NCBI GenBank assembly: GCA_043228905.1
Contig: JBHGNT010000005.1
Span: 23,126,001-23,190,000, forward strand
Length of the DNA stretch: 64,000 bases
Direction: 5' to 3'
DNA from: Azolla caroliniana
Lineage: Eukaryota > Plantae > Polypodiophyta
In this document: positions 1 through 12,860 of the stretch, in pieces
Layout of the letters: each line of letters starts with the position of its first letter
Position numbering within the stretch: position 1 is the first letter of the stretch
Made by a program: the position numbers and the translations under genes
Notes under the pieces: generated by a model
What the model was told of the DNA's origin: nothing
The model's input: the letters and a program-made list of their open reading frames with translations, nothing else
Database searches by the model: none

Positions 1-1819
1 TGAAGTCCTACTTGGCACAAGCTCAACCGTTAAAGCAACCTGACTACACCCGACCCATATATCTCACAATAGACTCTAGTCCCATCAGAATTGGATGGGA
101 TAAGACAACATGATGGGGAAGAAAGGTATCCAGTCTTATTCAGAGCAAAGGTTATAGGTGGTCGACAAAGAAAATATGCACGTGTGAAAAGAGAGCTATG
201 GGGGATAGTAACAAGAGTTAAGACAGATAGAGATTACTTAATTGGTGTTAGTAATAATAGAAACATATTGTTTGCCAATTCTTGGTATCATAGCTAATTG
301 TGATATTCCAGATCAAGCCATATTATGATGGTGCATCTATATTAGATCAGTCAACCCTTAAGTTCAACATATCTCTAGGAATAGAAATGTAGTAGCAGAT
401 ATGTTATCAAGAGCCAGGTATAAGGAAGAGGAGATTCTAGACTCAGACGATGAGGACAAAGAACAAAAAGTCCTTACCACAAGCATTACATGGGAAGGAG
501 GAATGCAATTTCTAGAAAAGGAGTATGAAGAAGAATTCAAGAAAATAGGGAAATATTTGCAGACCCTTGACAAGTATAAAGGTCAATCGGGAAAAGAATT
601 CACACAGTTTCGCAAGAAATCACATAAGTTCTTCCTAGATGAAGGATATGTGTGGCGACATCCGATAACCAAGGCAGGAAACCCACAAAGAGTAATAGGT
701 TCTACAAGGCAAAGAAAGGATAGAATGAGAGAGTTGCATGACAAAGAATGGGTTGGTCATCGAGGATTGTGGGCCACTTTCGGTAAGATTAAAGAACGGT
801 TTTTGTGGCCTCGATACTATGAGGAAATAAAGAAGCATGTGGAAACTTGTCCCACTTGTCAATATTATTCAAATGTAAAAAATTTTGATGAGGCATACCC
901 AACATACTCACCGGGGTGCATTACAAGTGGATGATAGATTTGGTAACAATGCCACTTGGAGTAGGACAAAAGAGATACTTGGTTTTTGCAAGAGACGATC
1001 TAACAAATCAAGTGGAAGGACGTGCACTTCGAACAAAAGGGACATTAGGAGTATGTCAATTCATCTTGGAGGACATTGTTTGTAGATATGGATGTATCAA
1101 GAAGATAGTGGCAGATAAGGGAGAGCTCAATTCTGTAGAAGCTCAAGATTTTTTCGACAAAGTAGGGATTCGACATTCTTTGACAATAGCATACAATCCG
1201 GAAGCTAACGGAAAGATAGAAAGGGGACATGGGCCAATAGTCAAAGTTTTAGCAAAGGCATGTAAAGGACAGGTCGGTGATTGGCCAAAAGTCTTACCCT
1301 ATGCATTGTGGGCTAATAGGACAACTCACAACATTGTTACTAGATATATACCTGCAGAATTAATCACAGGATAGAAGCCGATAATGCCAATTGAAGAAAG
1401 ATAAATACATGAGTTGTGCAATCGTGGGAATCAGAAATGAGTAGGGAAGATTTACTTGCTATTCAAATACAACAACTTCAATCCAGCACAGAAGACATAG
1501 AAAAAGCAGGTACTAGATTGAAAGGGGCAAGAATCAAGAATAAGGATAGATTTGACAAGATAAAAAGAATACGACTGAGGAAGGTGCAAGAGGGAGACTG
1601 GGTATTAGTATATGAGAGTGGCCTAGACAATCAATACAGTATTATTCAGAAGTTCGCAAAAAGATCATTTGGACCTTATAAAGTTAGGAAAATAACAGAT
1701 AAGGCCATATATTTCCTCAATGAATTAGATGGGACAAAAATTCGTATTCCAATTGCACGAAAAAAGATTAAAATATTTAAGAGGGAGTCATTAGAGCATT
1801 TAAATATTATATTCAATGA
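1..1819 (+). mobile_element. Degenerate Ty3/gypsy pol remnant (RNase H-like region, integrase zinc-binding, integrase core, GPY/F C-terminus)
   Basis: Broken ORFs 91-297, 401-934 (GHRG...WP...CPTCQ), 916-1374 (DLV...D...YNPEANGKIERGH) and 1416-1835 (GDWVLV...GPYKV) with frameshifts and stops. Confidence 0.9.
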
Positions 1820-2629
1820 TGTTTTAGAGAATTGAACCAATAACCTCACACACCAAGTATAAAGTACATACCACTACGTTAAGTTATTTGTTTTTCCATG
1901 ACTATACTTATACGATATCTATTTTCATACATGAAAGCTCAAATGAGCGAGATGTCTATCATACATCAGACGTAATGCATGAACGCCAAATGGCGATCAT
2001 GCATCACATGCATGTCTTTACCCTCACATGCATGGGGGCACCTATAAAAAGAGGGGAATCAAGTAAGGGAGAGAGAAAGTTAGAAAATAATATAACCAAA
2101 CAAACAAGCTAGCTCATTTGGGAAGTTTATTATCTCTCAACACTTAAGTCGAGGGTTCAAGCCAGAATTTGGAAGAGAAAAGGTTCATCACAACAATATT
2201 TTTTGATGTTATGAGGCGTCCATCAATTACCCCGACAGACACTAGGCTAGGGAGCTTAAACAACTTAATATTATGCATTACAATGAACTCACGATCCATG
2301 AAACAAGAGTTGGCTCCAAAGTCTAAGAGGGTGGAGGTTGGGACTCGATGGCACCTAGATGTGTTAAGCTCAACTTTTGTAGAGAAAAATCGACTAACTT
2401 GACCAGATTAAATGGAACTACTACTAGGGACGGATGTTATATGCCTAGGGTTGTCCAACCAAATGGCTCCGATTTTGGCCGGACTTGCCCGTTTAACACA
2501 TTGTCTAATTGGCTCAAGATATGAAATGTATTTTTATTATAGGGGCTACTAAGCCTACTTAGGTTACAAGAAGGCAGGGCAAAAATTGAAATGGGGTTAT
2601 CATGGGCACTTGGTTAACTTGTTGTCGTG

Positions 2630-3764
2630 GTTTATGTGGACAATTCACAACAATATATGTCTTGGACCACCACAATAGAGGCATAGACGATTCGCTCGAC
2701 GTCGTTGCTTTTCAACATCCGATAATGGTCCTCGATGTCATGTTGTCTTGATTTCCATTGGAATAGGGCCTTCCACCAAACTTGGCTTTGACACTTGGGG
2801 TGGAGTTGCGACCACCGAAGCATATGTTTTTGTTGGTCTGAAGCGTAACATTTGTAACTTCGCATTCCAAACGCCACTCAAATAAGCGATCGTCACATCG
2901 TACGGCCTGACTTGTTGCTTTAGTAAGAGATTTTGGATCATCATGGAAGGTAAGAAGTAAATTCTTCACATTGTTGCGAAGACCTTGACGAAATTGTTCC
3001 ATTAACGTTGCCTCGTCCCATGGAATATCACATGCTAGGAGGCGAAAATCTATAGCATAAGCGGAAGCAGGACGATCTCCTTGTCGTAATCGTCGAATTT
3101 TGTTTATTGGAGTCCTTATACTCTCGATGTCTCCAAAGTTGGCTTGAAATTCTTTTATAAATCCTTCAAAATCTTCTAAAAATGGCGATTGCTTCTCTAA
3201 GAATGGTTCAAACCATGCTAACATGGTACCGGTTAACAAGGTACCAACTAGTCCCACACGAGCAACATCGGTTGGGTAACAACTAGGGTGCAATTTAATC
3301 ACAAGACGTACCTGATTTAAAAATCCACGAAATTGAGACCTAGTACGATCAAACTTGGCCGGAAAACTAATCTTTGGTTCTTTCGGCGAGGTTTGAACTT
3401 CCGTCGCGTGTCATTGCAATCTAGAGTAGTCTCCAATTGATGCACCCGTTGAGATAATTCTTCATATTGTTGTACTTTCTCGGCGCTTACTTGTTGTAGG
3501 TCTCCCAACAATCTTTGATTTTATTGCTCTAATGCTACAAATTTGGTTGTTAGCATGTCAAGCTCGGAGAGAACGCACATATATTCTTGCTTGATGACAG
3601 ACTCCATAGTTACAAGAGAAATCTGCTAGATTTGCTTGAATAAGTAAGAGAAGAAGAAGAAGAAGTTGGAAAGGAAGAAAAGGGATTCGGTTCAAACTGT
3701 CATGACTTGAGTAGAAGAGAGAGATAAAAAGATGATGATAGAAGGTATATATATATATATATGT

Positions 3765-3811
<47 letters not shown>

Positions 3812-4152
3812 ACTAGAAATGGAAAAGAGTTTATATTATAAGAGAACTAGGGTTACAAAGAGTAGGCTAAGGGGCTGAAGATTGGTGTTGAACCGAATGA
3901 GTTTGTATAAATTAGGAGACACCTATTTATAGGTCCTTATGGAGTATTCTAGAATGTTCTAGAGTATTTTAGATATTCAGGATATTTAGGATAATCATGG
4001 AATATTCTAGAATGTTCTAGAATACTCTAAATATTATGACTATCTAATTGTATATCTTTGTATATGTTATCATAATGGTTCAAGGTTTGACATATATATC
4101 AAGAGGTTGTGGATTTGAATCCTTATAAGCCAACATTTATGCAATCATGATA
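2630..4152 (-). mobile_element. Truncated Ty3/gypsy (Tcn1/chromovirus-like) 5' LTR plus frameshifted gag
   Basis: gag ORFs 3317-3511 and 2712-3302 (LRQGDRPASAYAIDFRLLACDIPWDEATLMEQFRQGL); frameshifted CLYCGG...H...CP zinc knuckle near 2640-2690; adjacent LTR. Confidence 0.85.
3698..4152 (-). repeat. LTR of the gypsy element
   Basis: Starts TGTCATGA and ends TCATGATA (decayed TCATGACA); minus-strand TATA at 3924-3931; same internal layout (TTCTAGAA repeats, GAGGT...TTGAATC) as solo LTR 28287-28747. Confidence 0.7.
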
Positions 4153-4916
4153 GCCATTTGTGTCAATTTTCCAAGCCGAATCTACTTCAAGTGACCACAA
4201 CAACGAGAGGGACAAATCTAACTGGTCTTCCCGAGTGTCGTCTGGTCGAGTGAAGCACGAATGGGGTTGTTCCTGGGACTAAATCTGCTCCGAGTAGTTA
4301 TGACATGCAAGTGGGCAACGCCGGATGGCTTGACCGATTGCTGTCTAACTTGATGAAGCACGACTTACAGTCAGATCGATGGAAAGACCTCACTTCGAAT
4401 GGCTACAATAACATGGATGAAGTACAGCCTACTTCAAGAGTGATTTGGCTCAGTGAAGTGTGGGTGTCTTCTCGCTTCTCTTGATGGTTGATAAACTTGG
4501 GATCTTCAAGAAGACCATGTTAGGAATGGTGTTGGAGACAGATGATAGCAGACAACGATTTGAAGAACCTCAGCTCTGATACCAGATGTTGGAGTCTGAG
4601 ACCGTCAATGCGGAAACAAGAACAACATCCATGCTCAGAAGATCACCAAGTTAGCATGGTAAAGCAAGATCAAGAAGATAGAGTGAGAGTGAGAGTGAGA
4701 GAAAGAAAGACGAAAATGGCACACAATATGTAACTGTATTATTTGAACTCAGAGTTACAATAGAATGGAGACAAAAGCTCTATGAGCTAGGTTACAAAGG
4801 CAGTTATATACTAACTGAGCTAGGGCAACTGCCCTTTGATGTATTGCTCAAATGTCCTAAACCTAGTCTGTCCAAAGGTTAGTGAGAATATGGCCATTAT
4901 ACACCTATATTCGACA
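4153..4916 (-). mobile_element. LTR-retrotransposon 5' fragment: LTR (~4587-4916), tRNA-iMet PBS and leader
   Basis: GCTCTGATACCA at 4573-4584 is the reverse complement of TGGTATCAGAGC, 2 nt from TGTTGG...; candidate other LTR end TTCGACA at 4916. Confidence 0.7.
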
Positions 4917-5010
4917 CAGAGACTATTAGCATTTGGGGTAGAAGTGTCAGGATCGTGGCAGCTTATGGTGTGAATGGGAAAGTTGTGTGGGGTCCTTACA
5001 AGGTTTGAAC

Positions 5011-5063
5011 TGTCATGGACAGATAGAGTAGAGCAAAATAGAGTTAGGTTAAAGGTAAGATAC

Positions 5064-5098
<35 letters not shown>

Positions 5099-6400
5099 CA
5101 AGGAAGCAAGAAATAGAGAACCCAAGAATGATAGGATGTCACGGTGAAGTGATGAGGTAAAATGATAATGCCTCCTGGTGGGTTCCGAGGTGCAAAAAGA
5201 GCGGGTTTGTAGCTTCGGTGACTTTGCTAGAGGAGAGCATTCATCCATCGATAGCTTCTACTAGGATATACTTTGACAACCGGACAACTGGAAAGTTGTG
5301 TTTACAAACAAACGTTTCGTCCATTAAACAAGTTGTTGCCCCAGAATCGAGTAGCACTAAGGATTGGATTGAAATATACTAGAAATGGAGAGTTACCTCG
5401 AAAGAAAAATTGTTTGTAGAACTATGGGAGCAACATGAATGTTTGTTGTCCAACCACATGGCTCCTACTATAGTTGGACACCGTCATTTTCCGATTGTTG
5501 GGACCCACTAGTTGGATTGTTCAGATAGACTCATCACATATTGTTTTTTAGTGGGCTAAAATGAATTAGATGGGTAGATGTGCCTCAGTATAGACATAGC
5601 CCATTGGTTCATCAATAATGTCATTCGGCCGCAGTGAGTGGGGCTCGAGCTTGATCAATTTCCATCGGCATAGGATCATTGAATGATGTCGTTGGAGAAG
5701 ATCTCGTGGCCACTCAGGGTTGTAACATAGGTTTAATGTGGAGAAAGGGTGGCAACTTAGAAGTCGCTCGTTCCTCTTGGCGGTTGTCACAACTAACTGC
5801 TTGTGTGATGACTTGCGATAATGAAGTCGGCTCCAGGAAGCTTAGAAGTACATTCTTAACATCACTTGGAAGGCCCCGACAAAAATGGTCGCAAAGGTCT
5901 TGGTCGTCCCACTGAACATCACATGTGAATTGTCTAAATTCAGATACATAAATGGACACTAGACACTTACCTTGATGTAACAAATAGAGTTTGGTAAGGC
6001 TTGTTCGAGTCCTAGCTTGGAGTTTCTGGAGAGATTCCCGAAGATTCTCATTTTCAAGTTGAAGTTGATGCATGGCTTCCAATAGTTGATTTATTCTCTC
6101 GGTAGAATTTGACTTCATGAGGCTTTGGAGATGGAAGGTGAACAAATTGTCACGGACAAATAGAGTAGAGCAAAACAGAGCTAGGTAAAAGGTAAGATAT
6201 TGATAGAGAGAGAGAGAAAGAGAGAGAGAGAGAAGCAAGGAAGCAAGAGATTGACAAGCAGAATATTGAATTCTGTAAATGGGATTGTTGGTGAACCCCT
6301 GTATTTATACATGTTTGTGGGCTCTAATGCAGTTCCATGCAGAGACTCATGTACAATAGTGTGATGGGTTTTTAGATAATCCATTTCAACCCATTTTTTT
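5011..6400 (-). mobile_element. Degenerate gypsy gag between two partial LTR copies
   Basis: ~100-bp direct repeats starting TGTCATGGACAGATAG (5011) and TGTCACGGACAAATAG (6148); ORF 5714-6238 contains WDDQDLCDHFCRGLPSDVK, homologous to the gag at 2712-3302. Confidence 0.75.
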
Positions 6401-6449
6401 CCCTACACTACATCCTACCTTGATTGTTGTAATATAATATGGGTTAAGC

Positions 6450-9400
6450 AAGGAGATGAGCTTATTTTTGATCCATTGCAATATGTGTTAATTGCTTAAA
6501 TGAGTTGTTTGGCCCATGATTATTGTCTATTAATGTTGACGTGAGTGAGTTTTACAATGTTGTTGGATGTATTGTGAATGAGTCCAATGTAAGGAGTTAG
6601 ATGCAAATTTGTCTAAGGAAAACATAGATTCAATGTTAAAGTATATTCCTACTTAAGAGTCATGGTTGTGAATCGTGATGGCTTGGTGAATGAAGTGCTT
6701 AAATGATATTTTTGCATCCTAAAAGGGCCAATAACTTGGGTGTTGCATCAATGCATGGATTATAGTTTTATGCATCTAGATAGCAAGGAAGGTTGGTAGC
6801 ATAAAATTGCTTCCAATGATGCCATCGTCCGAGTCATTTCAACAATAGTGATCTATTCTTTGATGTGAGGATTGTATAAGGTATTTACGAATGTCTTGGC
6901 GAATCACCAGAGGAAAAAAATAGCTTAAATTAATATATCAAATTAAATATGATTTTGTTACATATATGAATATATTACATAATATGATTAATGTTCACAT
7001 GGCTATGGATTATGCTTGCATTACACATTAAGAATTTATCATGGTTCACTTGGATTTGGAGAAAGCGTATGACTATCAAGTGGTCCTTTGTTTCATGGTT
7101 GATCGATGCTATGGGTTTGGGACCACATATCTTGTCTTATAAAAAAGTCAAATCTCATGTAATGCTTAATGGAGTCATCCAAGAAATTATCTCGCGATAT
7201 CCATTTGTCAAGGATGCCTACTTAGTCCATTGTTGTTTGTTATTGCTACACATCTCTTTTGGTAATATTATCCAAGCTTGTAAACAATGGAGGTATTGCG
7301 GGTTAATATCTCCCATCTAGAAGTTAGTTTCTAGCTCAATCTTTGGTAGATGATTTTTTAATGCTTTTACATGCCTCACAACTTACAAGAAAACGGTGAT
7401 AAGGGGATGCATGTTTGGGATCAATTTGCATTGATTTCAAGGTTGCACATTAATTAGAGGAAGCCTCACCCCATGTATTGTATAGAGACGAATTTGAAAA
7501 GATTACGGATGGCGAGGGTTAATATTTCAAAAAGGATATATTTTAGATATTTGGGGGTATCCACTAGGAGATGATGTTATAAATGCCCAATTAATTGGGT
7601 GAATTGCTCGTAAAATGAGAGATAAATTCACGTATTTGAGTCCCAATCTTGGTCATTTCATGTGTATTAACATTACATAATGCATTATGAAACCCATGAT
7701 CTTATAGGTTTTTTACCAAATCATTTGTCAACTCTTAAGAGATTAGAAGGTCCTACATCATTCGATTTGTGTATGCATTTGATGGCCCATTGTTTTTCAT
7801 TGTTAAAATACATGTGTTTGCAATCAATCATGGATATCCATTCTACAATATTTCATTTCAGAGGAAGGTTTGATGCATGGGAGAACTAAGATTAAATGAT
7901 AATGATGATAGTTAATAAATGGAGGTACTCTGCTTAACATGTGTTGCTCTTCAAGTGCTCAACAGTTAATAGTATCTCCACAGTAAGCCATTTCTTCATC
8001 TGAGTGGGAACCATCATCTAGTAGAGAGAAATGTATTTTCTTACGAATGGTTTGGAATCATGGAGGTGGGAGATGTGGTCTATGCACAATCTCAAAGGTT
8101 TTTGAACTTTATTGATGCCAAATGCTAATTATGTACTACACCTAATTATGGGTTTATTTGGCAAAAGTTGTAGACTATATATCATTGTTACAGGTTGCTT
8201 ATACAGATGAAGGAGCAATCTTGGTTAGATGGGAGTTTCCATGAGATAGCTTAATTCTTTCAAATGGCCACAACTAACTTATACCATTGCTTGTAGAGTG
8301 TGTTGGATGGTTATCAAATAAGACATGAAGAGAATGACATGTAAACAAGTATTGATTTATTTAATACCTAAGGTTGAAGGTATATCAGAGAAAATGGAGA
8401 CCAATAACTTTGTTAAATACAATATATAAAATCTTCGCAAAAACATTGTCATTGAGATTGCAACCTTTCTTACACGATTTGATTCATATCACCCAAACAG
8501 GTTTTATTCAAGAAAGAAGTATACTGGATAATTTGTTCTTTTTTTGGGAAGCCATTGCCTTGGCTCGGAAGAAAAAAGAGGATTTTGTGATTTTGTTACT
8601 TGACTTTGAAAAAGCATATGATCGTGTTGATTGGGAGTTCCTTCAGGGTACTCTTGTAAGATTGGGTTTTCCGGAGAAATGGGTGATAGGAGTGTCTTCT
8701 TTGTATAATTCAGTGTGCAGTTCTGTTTTGGCAGGAGGGGTTAAAGGTGATGAGTTTCAAAATTCCCGAAGTGTACGACAAGGTTGTCCACTTGCACCAT
8801 TTTTTTTTTTGTTTTTTGTTGAAGTGATGAATTTGTTTTTGACTGTTGAAGAGGTTGGATTGAAAGGAATAGCAATGCCCATTGATGGGACAAATGTTAT
8901 TGATGTAGAATTTGTTGATGATAGAAGTTTGTATTTAGATGGTCAAAATACTAATCTGTAGAAAATGTACACAGCAGTGCAAACATTTTGTATAGCTTCA
9001 TGTGCATCGATTAATTGGAATAAATCAGTGGGTTTTTTGGGATCGTCCAATTCCACAACTCCACAATGGAGTCCTCATCCAGATTTCCGATGGGTTCCCA
9101 AGGGCACTTCAGTAGATATTTGGGATGTCAAGTAGGTTTGAATATTTCTTCAGAAATTCAGGTTGTTTCTTTGCTATTGAAAATTAGGAAAAAACGTTTG
9201 TTTTGGAGTAAAGTTAAACTATCATTTGTGGGTAGAGTGATAGTCGTTAATCAAGTTTTGTTGTCTAGTCTCTTGTATATTATGTCATGTTGGAGTTTTT
9301 CGAGATCATGTATGGGACAATTGATTCGAAAATATTTGTGTTCTGGTAATGATGGAAACCATGCTAGGGCAAAAGTCTCTTGGTCCACAATTGTTAAGCC

Positions 9401-10740
9401 ATTGGATCAAGGAGGATTAGGGATTGTAGATCCATTACAACTGTCCAAAGCTTTGATGGCAAATTTGGTGATTTGAGGATTGTTGCCAGGATCGGAACCT
9501 TGGAAGCAATTGTTGTTTTATGAATTGCAAAGGTTTTGTCCCAAGATGGGTGGAGATTGGAGGCCTAGTTTTAGATGGGCTTTTATGGAACATAACAAAT
9601 TGGCTATTGCTACAAATTGGGAAGAGAGATTTGCTCGATGTGTTCTTAATGCATGGAAAGATATTTCTCTTGATTTAGTTAAGACATTGCCAAAATGGTT
9701 ATGGGGTTTTTAGTTAAGGTGAGTAGAAAAATTGTTCATTTTCGATGGTTGTTGGTTCATAATGCTATACCAGTTAATGGGTGGCGAAAAGGAAATGTAG
9801 ACAAGATGTACCCTTTCTGTACAGATGTAATAGAGACTGCTAAACATTGTTTGTGGCGTTGTGGTTTTGCTGTGGACATATAGAAACAAATCATAAAATT
9901 ATTAACTCTAATATATCCTAGAGCAGTGTACACATGGGGTGCAGTATTATGGGCAGTGGTACATGATAAATCGATGGTATATGAACAGGAGGAGGTTGCA
10001 GATGCTATTATGATGAGATATGGTTTGATAGAAAAAAAATTGACCCCTCTAAATCCACAAATACAAACTGATAAACCTCAAATAGGGCAATTGGTAAGTG
10101 GTATTACAATTTGGTATATTTGGAAGGCTCGATGTTTGAAGGTATTTCAAAATGTGATTGAAAGACCGGCCCAAATAATTTCGGGAATTTGGATAGAGAT
10201 TGTGCATAATCTTAGAGGGATTTTGGATAGTATAAAAGGTAATACGCATCAAGCGGAGCTTAGGCGTGTGGAGTTTCATGCCATTTGGGACATAGGTATA
10301 TTTTATAGACAATGTTTTGATAAGGTGGAGTGGTTCTACTCAACACCAAAGTGTTTATTTAAGCCGATGGTTAGAATTTAGAAAAACATAGGGGATCGGT
10401 GGTATATCTTGTATGTTTAGCCTTCTGGCATTTTCTAATACTAATGTAGTATCTTTTTTTGGAAAAAAAAAGTATGATCATCAATGGTAAGAGATCTTAA
10501 TGTAGTTGGCACTTTCCATTGCCATTTCAAGCAAAGTATTTATTTGGAGAGTAGTGATTGGAAGTTTGCTTTTAGGTACAACACTAAAGAGTCATGGATT
10601 GGTAATACATAATTGTTTTTCTTCACAATTCAATTACAAGATAGTACTCATGGTTTCATATAATTAGGTGCTTCAAAGATTTGGGATTATTTGGAATTTG
10701 TTTTCATGTTGTTACCTAGTGCCAAGACCATGGGCACTTG
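6450..10740 (+). mobile_element. Old degenerate L1-clade LINE, split by a younger LINE
   Basis: DLEKAYD near 7053 and QGCxLSPLLF near 7205-7240; resumes after 10478 with KVFIWRVVIGSL, matching RAKVFIWRVMVGAL of the LINE at ~39900. Confidence 0.75.
8357..10471 (+). mobile_element. 5'-truncated L1-clade LINE ORF2 (RT, zf-RVT) with poly(A) tail
   Basis: LIPK, WRPITLLN, DFEKAYDRV, RQGCPLAP, YLG, CxxC-type...HCLWRC and TIWYIWKARC in broken ORFs; A-tail 10463-10471; imperfect TSD AAGTATTGAT (8347-8356) / AAGTATGAT (10470-10478). Confidence 0.92.
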
Positions 10741-11166
10741 CTCAATTTTCGATAAATGGCCAAACTTCAAAGATGGAAGTAATTTTTCTCTTTTGAGAGA
10801 TTGTGGCATAATTGTGACACGTCACACGTACAATGCTTTCAATTAAGCATGTAATTAAGTATAGACTCTCAAACACCACATGGCCAAGATGAATTGCAAA
10901 AGGATAGGGGAGAAACAATAACATGATGAATTTGAAGTCATAACACATGAAGATGTACCTAGATATGAGAGAGTGAGAGGGCAATAGGGCATCTTTTAAG
11001 GAAGTCCAAGGACCTCCCAAATGGTAGGAATCATTCCTATGCTTAGTAAAATGCCTTCAATCACCCTCAATTACATTTACTGCCCTTCTTTCCTTGAAAC
11101 ATGTTGACCTCCAACTTTATGGAGACTTGCCGATCATCCTTTCTTTTTAAGAAAGACTTCTTGTGT

Positions 11167-11215
<49 letters not shown>

Positions 11216-12243
11216 CAGTCTTTATTAGATACCTTGTACTTCACTTTATGCTTTTAACTTCACCCTTTTTGGAGATCTCCTCAAGTTAGCCTTGTATTTC
11301 ACCTCCACCTTATGCTTTTCTCTAGGATGGATCTCCTTTGGTTCACTTTTACTAGGTTGGCCAATCCAAGCAATGGAAATTTGAAACGTCAAGATAGAGG
11401 ATTTGTTTTTCTTTTCTTTTTTTGCAACCCCCCCCCCCCCCCCCCCCATGTTACATGATCACAAAAATCAAAGTGCATCAAAAACTATGCACAACGGGCT
11501 AGCATTCTAGAAATATGTCATGTTCTTGTGATCAAAGTTGGCTTAAATAAAATAGAGACGAGAAGTAGGTTAGGGTGATCAAGTGAGAGAGCTCGCCTAA
11601 TCGTACTTGTGGCAATGTAACAACATTACAAATATTAAACATACATCAAAACTTTCATGCTCGACCTACTTTTATATTCAAAAACCAACATACGCTATAT
11701 GTAATCTAGAACGGTTTTTACAATGTTTTGGTAAAATTGAATGATTGATGTAGATTTAAAATTCAAAATTGAACAAATCCAAGCATAAAATTGCAAGGGA
11801 CTTATTCGAAAGCACCCACCATATCGTGATAATAAAAACCCGAATACCAGTTGAATGTAAGCTCCTCCTCCTCCTCCTCCTCCTCTTCTTTTATGTTCCA
11901 CAAGCCATGATCTTAATATAGTTTGTACATCACGTGATACCGTTTTTGCCCAACAACTCGTGCCACTTCTTTCCTTACTGAAATGAGCGATTCGAGAGAA
12001 ATGTCATGTTGAAACATCGGGCCACACTTGACGACGCAACGATGAATGAAGACACTACTTACCAGGGAGGGATCCGAAGAGTCATATCGAGAGATATGAG
12101 GCGATGACACTTCAGTGGACGAGGAAGACACATAGGCCATCATGGTGGCCAAAAGAAGGCACTGAAATGGCCATATGACAGGACAGATATGGCATTGAAA
12201 TGGACATATGACACAGCCTACAGGATAGATATGGCACCTTATG

Positions 12244-12282
<39 letters not shown>

Positions 12283-12860
12283 GCACACACATCTTCTGAT
12301 TGAATATATAACCTCTAATTAAAGAGTAGTGCTATTTAATAGCATCACTTTTCCAATTTTAACACTGAGATTCTCTTCTCTCTCTGTCTATACATACATA
12401 CATACATACATACATACAGAAGTGTATGTATGTATTTATCTGTGCCCATCATAGATGGCCCTTCCCTTCCTTCCTCTATGCTTTCTCTCTATTTCTGTTG
12501 GAACCCATGTCGTTGTTTAGCGCCTTTTGTCCCTCTGTCTGCTCCAAGCTCCCATGGTTTCTTCCTTACCCAACTGATTGATCATATGCATGTTTATGTA
12601 TGTATATGTGTGTGTGTGTGTTTTAGAGTCTTCTTGGTTCAGTTCTAGTGTACAGAAATTACCCTAAGTAGGATCCTGAAACGGAAGAAATCATAACCCG
12701 GAATTAAACAAATGAGCTCAAAGCAAGGAACCTTAATCCTAACCTCAAGTCAAGAAAATTCCCTCAAAAAAAGAAACTCAATCCTAATCCGAAATTAAGC
12801 AAACTTCCTCAAAGAAAGAAGTCCACAGGTAAACAACACTTTCGGAGAAGTTGGCCTGAG

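Noticed and set aside
1820-2620. Possible LTR/leader of another element interrupting the first gypsy
   Set aside because: TATA and TG...CA candidates are present, but no convincing boundaries, PBS or TSD.
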